This document shows, in pieces, positions 54,822 through 64,000 of a stretch of 64,000 nucleotides of DNA (position 1 is the first letter of the stretch; each line of letters begins with the position of its first letter). The notes under the pieces are model-generated. The model did not search any database, was not told the DNA's origin, and was given only the letters and a program-made list of their open reading frames with translations. A program made the position numbers and the translations under genes. The stretch is from the human T2T-CHM13v2.0 reference genome, Homo sapiens. Where the stretch lies: NCBI RefSeq assembly GCF_009914755.1, contig NC_060929.1; one strand, written 5' to 3'.

Positions 54822-55007
54822 TGTATTACTTTGTTTTCATGCTGCTGATAAAGACATACCCGAGATTGGGCAATTTACAAAAGAAAGAGGTTTAATGGAC
54901 TTATAGGTTGGGGGGGCCTCATAATCATGGCAGAAGACAAGGAGGAGCAAGTCATGTCTTACGTGGATGGCGGCAGGCAAAGAGAGAGAGCTTGTGCAGA
55001 GAAACTC
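54822..55007 (-). mobile_element. THE1C LTR, 3' half
   Basis: TGTATTA...CATGCTGCTGATAAAGACATACCCGAGA...GGGCAATTTACAAAAGAAAGAGGTTTAATGGAC; reverse complement of the second half of the THE1C at 27121-27315. Confidence 0.92.
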
Positions 55008-55331
55008 GTGATCACACGGTCCCGCAATAGGCTATCTGCAAGCTGAGGAGCAAGGAGAGCCAGTCCAAGTCTCAAAACTGAAGAGCCTGGAGTCTGATGT
55101 TTGAAGGCAGGAAGCATCTAGCATAGGAGAAAAATGTAGGCTGGGAGGCTAGGCTCATCTCTCCTTTTCATGTTTTTCTGCCTGCTTTATATTCACTGGA
55201 AGCTGATTAGATTGTGCCCACCAGGTTAAGGGTGGGTCTGCCTCTTTTGGCAGCACCCACACAGACACACCAGGATTAATACTTTGTATCCCTCAATCCA
55301 ATCAAGTTGACACTCAGTATTAACCATCACA
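55008..55331 (-). mobile_element. MLT2A1 (HERV-L) LTR, 5' part
   Basis: GCAAGCTGAGGAGCAAGGAGAGCCAGTCC...CAATCCAATCAAGTTGACACTCAGTATTAACCATCACA. Confidence 0.92.
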
Positions 55332-55589
55332 GTTAGCATGTCACCATACAAATGTAGAATTTCCTAATTCGACTTTCAAGTGGGACAAACAATTATTTGG
55401 TACTATGGAGTGCCAGTAACTGCAGTGCACTAAGCTGCTGCACAGAGGCTCCTAGCTATGGTGATTTTTGCTTGGGATTGAAATATGTGTAACAAGCTTC
55501 ATCATGGACCTGAGTGAGATGGTTTCAGTATGGAAAGGTCAGAGGCTCCTGCACTTCTCTAGGACATGTGGACTTCACAGCTATCTCTT

Positions 55590-56000
55590 AAAATTTTTAA
55601 AATAATTTTAAACGTACAGAAAAGTTGCAAGATAATACAGAGAGTTCTTTTCTACCTGTCACCTAACTTTCCCTCTTGCATAACCATAAATAAGTATCAA
55701 AACTAAGAAGTTAACATTGGTACATTACTGTTAGCTAGCTGCAGGCTCTAACTGGAGACCACTGGTTTTCTACAAATGTCCTATCCTGTTCCAGGATTGC
55801 ATCTGGTATCCACTTGGTACGTGGCTGCAATGTCTCCTCTCTCAGTCTGTAATAGACCCTTAGGTTTTCTTGTTTTTTATGTTCTTGACACTTTTGAAGT
55901 GTACTAGTCAGGTATTTTGCAAAATGTCCTTCAATTTGGGGTCATCTGATATTTTCCTATGATTAGATTTAGGTTATGCATTTTGGGAAATAATACCACA
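55590..56000 (-). mobile_element. L1MC4-like 3' end
   Basis: ACAGAAAAGTTGCAAGA...AACATTGGTACA...TTGACACTTTTGAAG...GATTAGATTTAGGTTATGCATTTTGG. Confidence 0.8.
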
Positions 56001-57334
56001 TCCAATTTGTAATCTGGATTTTGTGAATAGGTAGACATTTAGTTCACTTTCATCCTGACTTCCCACAGGTAACATGCCTCCTTGTATTATCTCCCAGTCC
56101 TTTGCCCCTCTCAGGAACTAAGTGTTAGAAATCTTCCCAACTCTGATGACCCTTTCCTCCAATGCATTTCATCAACACATACACATGGCTTGGCTGTCAC
56201 TTGAAACTGCTTCATGTATAAGACCATAGTCTCTGGATCTACTTTTCTTCAATAAATCCTGTTACTCTTATACTTCTGTGCTTTCACTTATTCTGAACTT
56301 GATGCGGTTTCCTCATTCTGATCTCTAGTTTTACACCTTTCCATTTTCTTCCTCCTGCATCCTTCCAAAGGTTGTTTTGAAGATAACATGAGATGATGAA
56401 GGGACAGCATGGCCTGGAGTCCAGGTGTGAGGCAGCACTGGGATACAAGCCACTTTCTAGCTTTGCTCATCTCTTCTTCAGTCAGTCCCTTATTCATCTT
56501 TCATCCATGCTGTCATTGGCAAGGAATTGACCTTCTGTTGCCATTCTCATTTTCCCTTGGTGAATTCAGTCAATCCTTTTGCTCTCTGTTCGTATTATGC
56601 AAATATAAAAATAAAAATAATCCTGATAATGTGTCCTGCTGAAAGAAGAAAAAAACTATCTGATCTCACTGGGATCCAATGCAGTATGACTCTCCCTTAT
56701 CCATTTTTAAACAAGTTCTAATTCTGAACACTTTCCCCTTGCTAAAGTCCCTAAACAGATCTCTTTGCTACACATCCCACCAGAATGTCAAATAGCATCT
56801 GTCCAGCTTGCTTGCAAAGTCCTCCTCTCCAGCTCCCAGTATACCAGGGTCTGTGCATAGTCTTCTTTCCTTTCTCCTCACTGTCTTAGAGGCAAGGTCT
56901 GTTCTTTTCTCTGAGGCTAACCCCTTTGCCACCTTTCTCTGGGCCTCCCTGTGGCAGCAATCAGTCTTTCTCTGTCCTTTGCAAGTCCTTTCTCTTAACA
57001 ACAAGATACTAGTATCTTCTTTATTACAAAGAAATTCTGTAGTCTGCTATACTTACCTCCCTTCTTACTCACGTTCTCCAAAGCTTGAAATCATGCTCTG
57101 CCTCCAGGTCCTCACTTCTTATACTAAAATCTGGCTTTGTTTCCTCCACACTATTGGAATTCTTCAACTTAATTGAAACACATAATGAGTCTAACTCTGC
57201 TTGGGCTGCCCGTGACATCTGCCGTAACTAAGACATATCAAAGCCCACTCCTCTAGGCTTCCATGACAATCGGAGTAATGTCCCAACTTTCACTGTCATC
57301 CCTCCATCTCCTTTGTGAGTGCAGGTTGCATGGT

Positions 57335-57472
57335 GCATTAGTCTGTTCTCACACTGCTATAAAGAAATGCCTGAGAATGGGTAATATGTAAAGACCAGAG
57401 GTTTAATAGGCTAATGATTCTGCAGGCTGTACAGGAAGCATGATGCTGGCATCTGCTTGGCTTCTTGAGGCT
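57335..57472 (-). mobile_element. MSTA/B LTR 3' fragment
   Basis: TGCATTAGTCTGTTCTCACACTGCTATAAAGAAAT...GCAGGCTGTACAGGAAGCATG. Confidence 0.85.
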
Positions 57473-57677
57473 ATGGTCTGGAACTGACACCTACTCACTT
57501 CTAACCACCTTCCACTTGGTAAAGAAAGTCTACATTGTGAAGTCTAACATAAAGGAGGCAGGAGCATGTACTCTGCCCATGCTGAGAGACATGCAAAGAT
57601 ACAGGGAATGGGAAAGGATGTAAAACTCAAGCACATGGAGTGCATGAAGCACTGCAAATGACAACTCCACTAGCACA
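57473..57677 (-). mobile_element. MLT1H/I-like LTR fragment
   Basis: GGAACTGACAC...TCACTTCT...GGCAGGAGCATGTACTCTGCCC. Confidence 0.45.
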
Positions 57678-58944
57678 GGTGACATAGCATAAATCTCTGT
57701 CCCACCTGTCTTCCCGTCCAGATCCATCTCTCTCTGTTCTCAAGTTTCTTTTTCCATGCTAGATCCTACTTCACCAAACTACTGTCTGCATCCTGGACAC
57801 CTGTGCTCTTCTCTCTGCACTTTACACATATGCTTTCCTGTGCCTAGAAAGACTTTCCCTCCACCCTGGACTTGGAAAGCTCTACTGGCCTTTCTAGATC
57901 CAGCATTGATATCTCTGCTTCCAAGACATCCTCACTTTCCAGGGTGGATTAGGCTCATTACTCCTGTTCCTACTACACCACTCTCACTGCTCTCTGCTCC
58001 ATTTTTGGAATAAATTATTTATTATTCCTATTCAGACTTTTCCAGAAGATTACAAGCTACTTGACTTCAGGGTCTTCATTGTTGCTTCTTGCATAGAATC
58101 AAGTCAATTCTGTATGCTCAATAAATATTTGTTGAATATATAAGTGGATGTGTGTATGGGTGACTGTTTCTGAGCAGTCATTTCATTATCTAGTTCATGT
58201 ACTAAAATGTTTGAACATTACATAATTATGTTAAAAACAGATTTAAAAATTTCACACACATTCAAAACCATTTAGAACAACAATTTTTCTCTGTCCAACT
58301 TTTGTGATCATCTTTGCTTCTTTTAATAGTTAAGCTAATTTAGACTTGAATATTGTTTTCCCTCATATTTTGGATCAATTAGATTTCTTTTCTTTCAACA
58401 ACATATATTTTTTGGTGACAACTGCATAGCAGCTTTTTTTGTTTTTTATTTTGCCTCAGGCATAAAGCAACCATATTTCTCCCATAAAAGGTGAGCTCAA
58501 AATAGACCCCTTATTACCATCCCCAAATTAATTCAAATACCACCCAACTTTTACTTATTGTACTTCAGAACCTGTGTATGGATTATTCTAATGTTCTGAA
58601 AAATGAAGTGAATAAACTTTCTTAATATAAGCTCAGCTAGCAATAATTGAGTCACATAAAATGTGACCTGTCAAACTCTGAAATTTGTTTATGTCCAAAT
58701 GAAGGACTTTAGGAATAGAAAATTCAAATATAGACCAAATACTTGGACTTTGAATTTGTCCAAAAATCTGAGCAACACTAGAAATCTGTTAATTCATGTT
58801 AAACTAGAAACTGAAATTTTTATTTGTCAAATACAAAAGAACTACATTATTACATTCTAGTTGTTGTTGTTTGGCCTTAAATTTTATTTATTCAATACAC
58901 ATTTTGGTAGGATCAACTTCCTGTAAGGCACAAAGACCAAAATG

Positions 58945-59081
58945 ATATCCTTTCTTGAATCCTCTTACTAGGACCCTTGGTTTCCCATACTGTGCATTCC
59001 CCCTCACCGCACTGAGTAATAAACAAAACTTGTTCAGCCACAGGTGTGTTCCTGGTGCCCCTTGACTGGAGGATATTGACA
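58945..59081 (+). mobile_element. ERVL-type LTR 3' end
   Basis: AATAAAC...CTTGTTCAGCCACAGGTGTGTTCCTGGTG...GGAGGATATTGACA terminus. Confidence 0.45.
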
Positions 59082-59084
59082 GCA

Positions 59085-59575
59085 CTTAACAGAAGATCAC
59101 AAATAATATTGACTGAAACCATAAGGTTTTATTGTCTCACTAAAATGTTGGGTGGTGGGCAGTCCAGACTGGTGTGACAGCACCTGGATGTCCTCAGAGA
59201 CCAGTCTTCTGCTTGGCTGCTCTCAGCACGTGGCTTCCATCACCAAGTACAACTCATGGTCCAAGAGGCTGCGAGAGCTCCAGCCATCACACCTGCATCT
59301 TATGCAGCAGAAATGGGAATATAGAGAAGGTGAAAAAAAGGATGTCCCTCCCACTTGTATCAAACCCTTTTAAGAAGACTTCCCAGAAATTTCTGACAAA
59401 TTTCACTTATATTTTATTGACTACAACTTAGTCACATGGCCACACCTTGTCAGAGGGCAGATGGGAAATGCAGTCTTTTGGCTGGGCACATTGCTGCCCC
59501 AAAGACAGTCAGGATTCTGTTACCAAGAGACAAAGAGAAAAGTGACAAGAGGTAGACAACGTCATCTCTGCTATA
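59085..59575 (-). mobile_element. MLT1J-like MaLR LTR
   Basis: CATGGTCCAAGAGGCTGC...GCTCCAGCCATCACA...ACTTAGTCACATGGCCACACCT...TGGGAAATGCAGTCTTT. Confidence 0.8.
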
Positions 59576-59871
59576 AAGTGCTTCTGCTTCTTTACAGGTC
59601 AAATAAAAATCATGTTTGATTAAAACTATACCTTGCTCCCATGGATCGAATGTCCACGGTTCCTAAAAGATTCTGGGAGCTGCGTGGTTTGCGTCTGCCC
59701 TCTGCAACTCTGGCCTTGGGTCAAAGTACTCCTGTTAGGCTGGTCTTTCTTGCCTCAGGACTTGGACACTCTGTTACCTGTGATGGAGGAAATCCCACTA
59801 CATTTTTTCATCTCCATATATTCTATTCATCCTTCAGGGACCCGTCAAATCCTCTGGCTGTAAAATCCAAC

Positions 59872-60560
59872 TGTTCATTAAGCAAATGAGCCTCTTTGGG
59901 GCTGGCACTGTTCTGGGCACTGGGGACAAAACATCCTTCTGACCATGGCACTTCTATGCTGGGAGGAAAGAGACATCCAATACATACATGAATACATTGT
60001 TCTGTAATGGGCCAAGTAGGATAAGTCCTGGAGGAAAAGTGAGGTTAGAGCTGCCAAGAATCTTTGGGATCTGAATGGAAAAAAAACGTATTCAGGACCC
60101 CTGGTGAGAGTGGACGGGCCTTGTGATTGGGGTTGAATTGCAATATAGTCCGGATTCCTCTTCAGCTCTGGACCCCACATCCTCCTCTCCCCTATCCTTT
60201 CTTATTTTTCCTGAATAGGAAAAGGGGTTAGAAGGCAATGGGATGGAGGTGAAATTTTAGATGGAATGTCCATGGAAAGTCTACAGAGAAAGTAACATTT
60301 GAGTGGGAGCCTCAAGGCGGGGAGAGAATGAGCCTTGCTGGTGGCTGGAAGAGCATTTTGGTGAATAGCTGTGCAAAGGCCCTGATGGGGGCACTTGATT
60401 GACTTATTCAGGAAACAGGAAGGAGGCCAGTGTGGCTGAAACAGAGAGTTTGAGAGGCAGGAGGTAGGAGATTAGTTCTGGGAGGTGATGGGGATCAAAT
60501 CACACAGGGCCTTGGGGGCTGGTATGAGGCCTTCAAGTGAGATGTCCTTTGGGGAAGGTG
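59872..60560 (-). mobile_element. L2a 3' region
   Basis: GGCACTGTTCTGGGCACTGGGGA, GTAACATTTGAG, GTGCAAAGGCCCTGA and AAGGAGGCCAGTGTGGCTG. Confidence 0.78.
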
Positions 60561-60730
60561 TGTGTGACATTATCTGATCATATCGTATCTTTTGCTTTGT
60601 CTTTCTGTTTAGCATAGTTCTTGCCAGATGGAAATATTTGATACAGTCTGAATGAAACTTTGAGATTGATTTGCATTTTCTTAATTAGCGATGAAGAATT
60701 GATTTGATTATTCTAGAATAGAATATTTAA

Positions 60731-61091
60731 ATCTTTTTTAATTTAAATTTTTTATTTCAATAGCTTCAGGGATGCAAGTGGTTTTTGGCTTCATGGATGA
60801 ACTGTAAAGCAGTGAAGTCTGGGAGTTTAATGCACATGTCACCCAAGTAGTGTACATTGTACCCAATAGGTAGTTTTTTATCCCCCACTCCCCCAACCCC
60901 CTGAGTCTCCATTTTCTACTATACAACTCTGTACGCCCTTGTGTACTCATAGCTTAGCTCCCTCTTATAAGTGAGAACATGCAGTATTTGGTTTTCCATT
61001 CTTGAGTTACTCCACTTAGAATACTGGCCTCTAGTTCCATTCAAGTTGCTGGAAAAGACATGATTTTGTTCTTTTTTATGGCTGAGTAGTA
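60731..61091 (-). mobile_element. L1PB-type 3' end
   Basis: GTGGTTTTTGG...CATGGATGAA...GTCACCCAAGTAGTGTACATTGTACCCAATAGG...AGTGAGAACATGCAGTATTTGG; flanking AGAATA(T/C)TTT. Confidence 0.88.
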
Positions 61092-62958
61092 AGAATACTT
61101 TTTAAATAAAAGATTTACTTTTTCTTTACTCAGACTTTGAATGTTTGAGACTACCTTGGCCACCAGATTGTGTTACCTGGAAGTTTGGTCCCAAGCAAGA
61201 AGCCACAGGGAGAGACAGCGAGGCAACTCTATGCACATGCAATGAACACTGAGACTGATATCACTGAGACTTTCAGAGGACAATGGACTCATTATGGATC
61301 TCACATCTTTCCTAGACTCTGTTCTTTGCTCTTGGGTCTTCTCTACTCAGACTACCTGCCCCCAAATGCTCCATCCTCACCAAAATATAAAGATTGAGAA
61401 GAAAGTGGGACAAAGGCTGTGGAATAAAAAATGTAAGATTGGCTATCACCCCAAGGTGATCAAATCTAATGTTGGCTTTGCTCCAGCGGATCTGTGACCA
61501 ATTTTGTATCAGTCCCAGAGCACAGCGAGCCTGTTCAGGCTCTTGTAAGTGAGGACCTGTGGTTGAAGAGTAAAATTTTTGTGACTTTAATCCTTCTTTT
61601 CTCCAGACTGGAGGGTCATGATGGTACAGTGGGAATACCTTGGGCCTGGCTGCCAGGCCGACCTGCACAAAGATGGTTGTCCCTGTGGGAGGGGCACAGA
61701 CATTGTGCAGGTTGCACACAAAAACAGAACTAGGGTCTCTGGCAGCGGAAATGAGTCATACAGAGAGCCGTTTAGAGGTTTCTCAATACAGTTCTTGGGC
61801 TTATTAAGGTTGAGTAATGGCAGTTAGTGTGGAGGCAAATTGGAACAACAGTGACAGTGTTGATTATGAAGCAAATGAAGAAGCTCAAAAGGAAGGCATT
61901 TTCTTGGAGTGCCTCAAAGAATTCTGCCCTTTAATTATCTGCCCTCTCAGTGTAGAGAGAGTGAGATATCACTGGAAAACACTGGAGGGCCATTTGTGGT
62001 GACACAGAAGCCTCTCATACAGACAGGAAGCAAATGAATGGCAGGGGATGTGAGTTTGGATGGAAGGGCTGTCATGGGGATTCAGATTGGATTCTAGAGT
62101 CAGGTGCATTGTGGTCCTTGCCTGATGCAGGAGGTTTGGACTCAGATTTTTCTGAAGACAACATAAGCAGAGAAACAAGGTGTGAAGACAAGCTTGTTTG
62201 AGGATGTTGGCACCATGACAAAGTTATTTACTGTACCCCATCCCAGTGCCCAGATGAACAATATGAACATGATAGGGATGCAGTTCACATGTGTTCCATT
62301 TTAGAGTTTGCTTTAAAAATTTATATCCATGTCATAACCTTCTGATTAGGATTTGAGAGAACTGATTGTCAAAGTGAACTATATTTTTAGGAAAGTGTTA
62401 TTTTATATTATTCTGATGCTATAAAAGCCAAGATTGCTAAACTGAAGGACTCTGTAACGTGAGAAGCATATCATATTCTAAGTATCCCTAAGGTGTCTCT
62501 CTTGACCTCAGCACTAACAGCTGGTAATGGCAGGGATTGCTGTTATTTCACATGTGACCCACGATGGTGAGACATACTCACCCACCCAGGGCGAGGGGGA
62601 AGAGGGGAGATTGCCACATATTTCCAGCTGGCATAGCAATTGTAGTATTAAGAAGGTGAAAGATTCATATCTAATCAAATAACCTCAGATAAGTGTGTCC
62701 TGGGCTGTTGTCCCTGTGGCTTTAACAAGTCACTTGGTGATGCACAAACTGAATGCAGCTGAACTCTGCCCAGGGCTGTGATGACTGCTTTTCATAGCTT
62801 TGAATTCTATTAAAAACCAGAATGAAAATGCTTCTTGTAAAATGCTTGTCTTTTAAAAACGTAAACAAGATGATATAATTTATCCAGAGTTGAGGAAATA
62901 TATCCAGTTTAAATTTTATATACATTTAAAGGCAGCCTACATATAACATAGAAATGAG

Positions 62959-63019
62959 CTATCTATCTATCTATCTATCATCATCATTGTCATTGTCATC
63001 GTCATCATCATCATCATCA
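62959..63019. repeat. Compound microsatellite (CTAT)n(CAT)n
   Basis: Directly visible. Confidence 0.95.
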
Positions 63020-63024
63020 CCTAT

Positions 63025-63368
63025 TGTATTTGTTTTTGCTCTGTAAGTTACCACACACTTAGTGGTTTAAATCATCGCCTAATTATTCTCTCACAGTTCC
63101 CTAACTCAGAAGCCTGTGGAGGCTCAGCTGGGCTCTCTGCTCAGTGTCTCACAAGGCTGAAATCAAGGAGTCGGCCCAATAAGGCTCTTCCCTGGAGGCT
63201 TGGAGGATGAATCCCTTTCAAGTTTCTTCAGGTGGTTGACAAAACCCAGTTTCTCACAATTGTAAGACTAAAGCACCTGCGTCCTTGTTGTATGTTGGCC
63301 AGGGGTTGTTCTCAGCTGCTGGAGTTTCCCTCAGCTCCTGAAAGCTTCTGTCTTATCCCCGAATGTGG
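63025..63368 (-). mobile_element. MLT1E-like LTR, partial
   Basis: TTACCACACACTTAGTGGTTTAAA...GGCTCAGCTGGG...TCTCACAAGGCTGAAATCAAGG. Confidence 0.8.
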
Positions 63369-63678
63369 CCCTGTTCTAAAATACGGTGTATTAATAGAAA
63401 ATTTGAGACTCAGTAAAGCCAACAGATTGGGAGATAATTGCCATTAAAAAATACAGTTTGTTGGTCACAGTCCCCAGAGGAGCAAGTTACACCACATCAC
63501 AGGTGGCCACCAGGTGGGTCAGGAGGGAGAGGGAGCAGGAGAAATGTGGGCAAGAGCCTTGACTGTGGTTTTCATCAGGAGGGAACAGGTGAGGCAGGGC
63601 AGCATGCTCCAGATTGGTGAGTTTGAATAATTTCAGCAGGCTCTGAAGCGTAGGGGCTGTCTCTAGTTGTGGGACCAG
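63369..63678 (-). mobile_element. ERVL-type LTR (MER74/MER76 group), partial
   Basis: GTGGGCAAGAGCCTT...TGTGGTTT...GATTGG...AGTTTGAATAATTTCAGCAGGCTCTG. Confidence 0.55.
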
Positions 63679-64000
63679 TGCAATTTTCCCATAGAACTGA
63701 AGCTTTAGAAACTTACATTTGTTTTATCTGAGTTCCTTTCTCAGGAAACTAATAGGCCATCCAGATAGTACAATATCAGGAAACTGAAATTTCCCAGATC
63801 ACTGTATCTGGACAGTAAGATGCACCTGCTGCCTGCTAAAAAAAACTCCTCTTTCTTATGCCTCCTTAATTCCCTGCTATGTAAACCCTTTAATCAGTTA
63901 GAGATTAATTTGAGATTGATGTTCTGTTTCTGGCTGACGTCACCAGCATTAAAGTCTTTCTTTCCTGGCAACACTTGTTGTCTCAGTGATTGGCTTTCTG
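63679..64000 (+). mobile_element. ERV1 MER4-group LTR, running off the window
   Basis: GAAACTTACATTTGTTTTATCTGAGTTCC...ATTAAAG poly(A) signal...GTCTCAGTGATTGGCTTTCTG. Confidence 0.65.

Larger units (their letters stand above)
56850..58145 (+). mobile_element. L2 body and 3' end, interrupted by LTR fragments
   Basis: Pyrimidine-rich L2 body (AATCTGGCTTT, GGCTTCCATGACA) and terminal TGCTCAATAAATATTTGTTGAAT. Confidence 0.65.

Noticed and set aside
60032-60233. Possible TSD-flanked insert within L2 (AGGAAAAGTGAGGTTAGA / AGGAAAAGGGGTTAGA)
   Set aside because: Repeats are imperfect and purine-rich, with no tail or TIRs, so an insertion cannot be supported.
63504-63520. CTCF-like TGGCCACCAGGTGGGTC
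   Set aside because: Lacks the highly conserved C of the GGC triplet and lies in an LTR. Weak without data.

Overview
Primate (human-like) non-coding DNA, intergenic or deep intronic, densely filled with interspersed repeats: Alu, L1, L2, MIR, MaLR/ERVL/ERV1 solo LTRs and hAT DNA transposons. I find no credible intact protein-coding gene. The ORF track consists of simple-repeat, Alu, L1 and chance ORFs, plus broken pieces of a hAT transposase. Clear landmarks are a full-length fossil Charlie3 transposon (44724-47488), a 3'-truncated tailless 7SK retrocopy inside an L1 (21608-21846), and a GC-rich 61-bp minisatellite abutting an AluY-lineage copy with an internal 75-bp triplication (19434-20123). 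The most unusual observations are: (1) an apparently recombinant MLT2A1/THE1C LTR bounded by one shared target-site duplication (TSD); (2) an unidentified 49-nt hairpin-ended retroposed sequence with a perfect 16-bp TSD; (3) PRDM9-type motifs in every minisatellite unit; (4) a young 140-bp local duplication; and (5) several template-switch-like palindromes. None of this amounts to a demonstrated new biological system. Repeat subfamily names come from recalled consensus sequences and need RepeatMasker/Dfam confirmation. Boundaries of old repeats are approximate.
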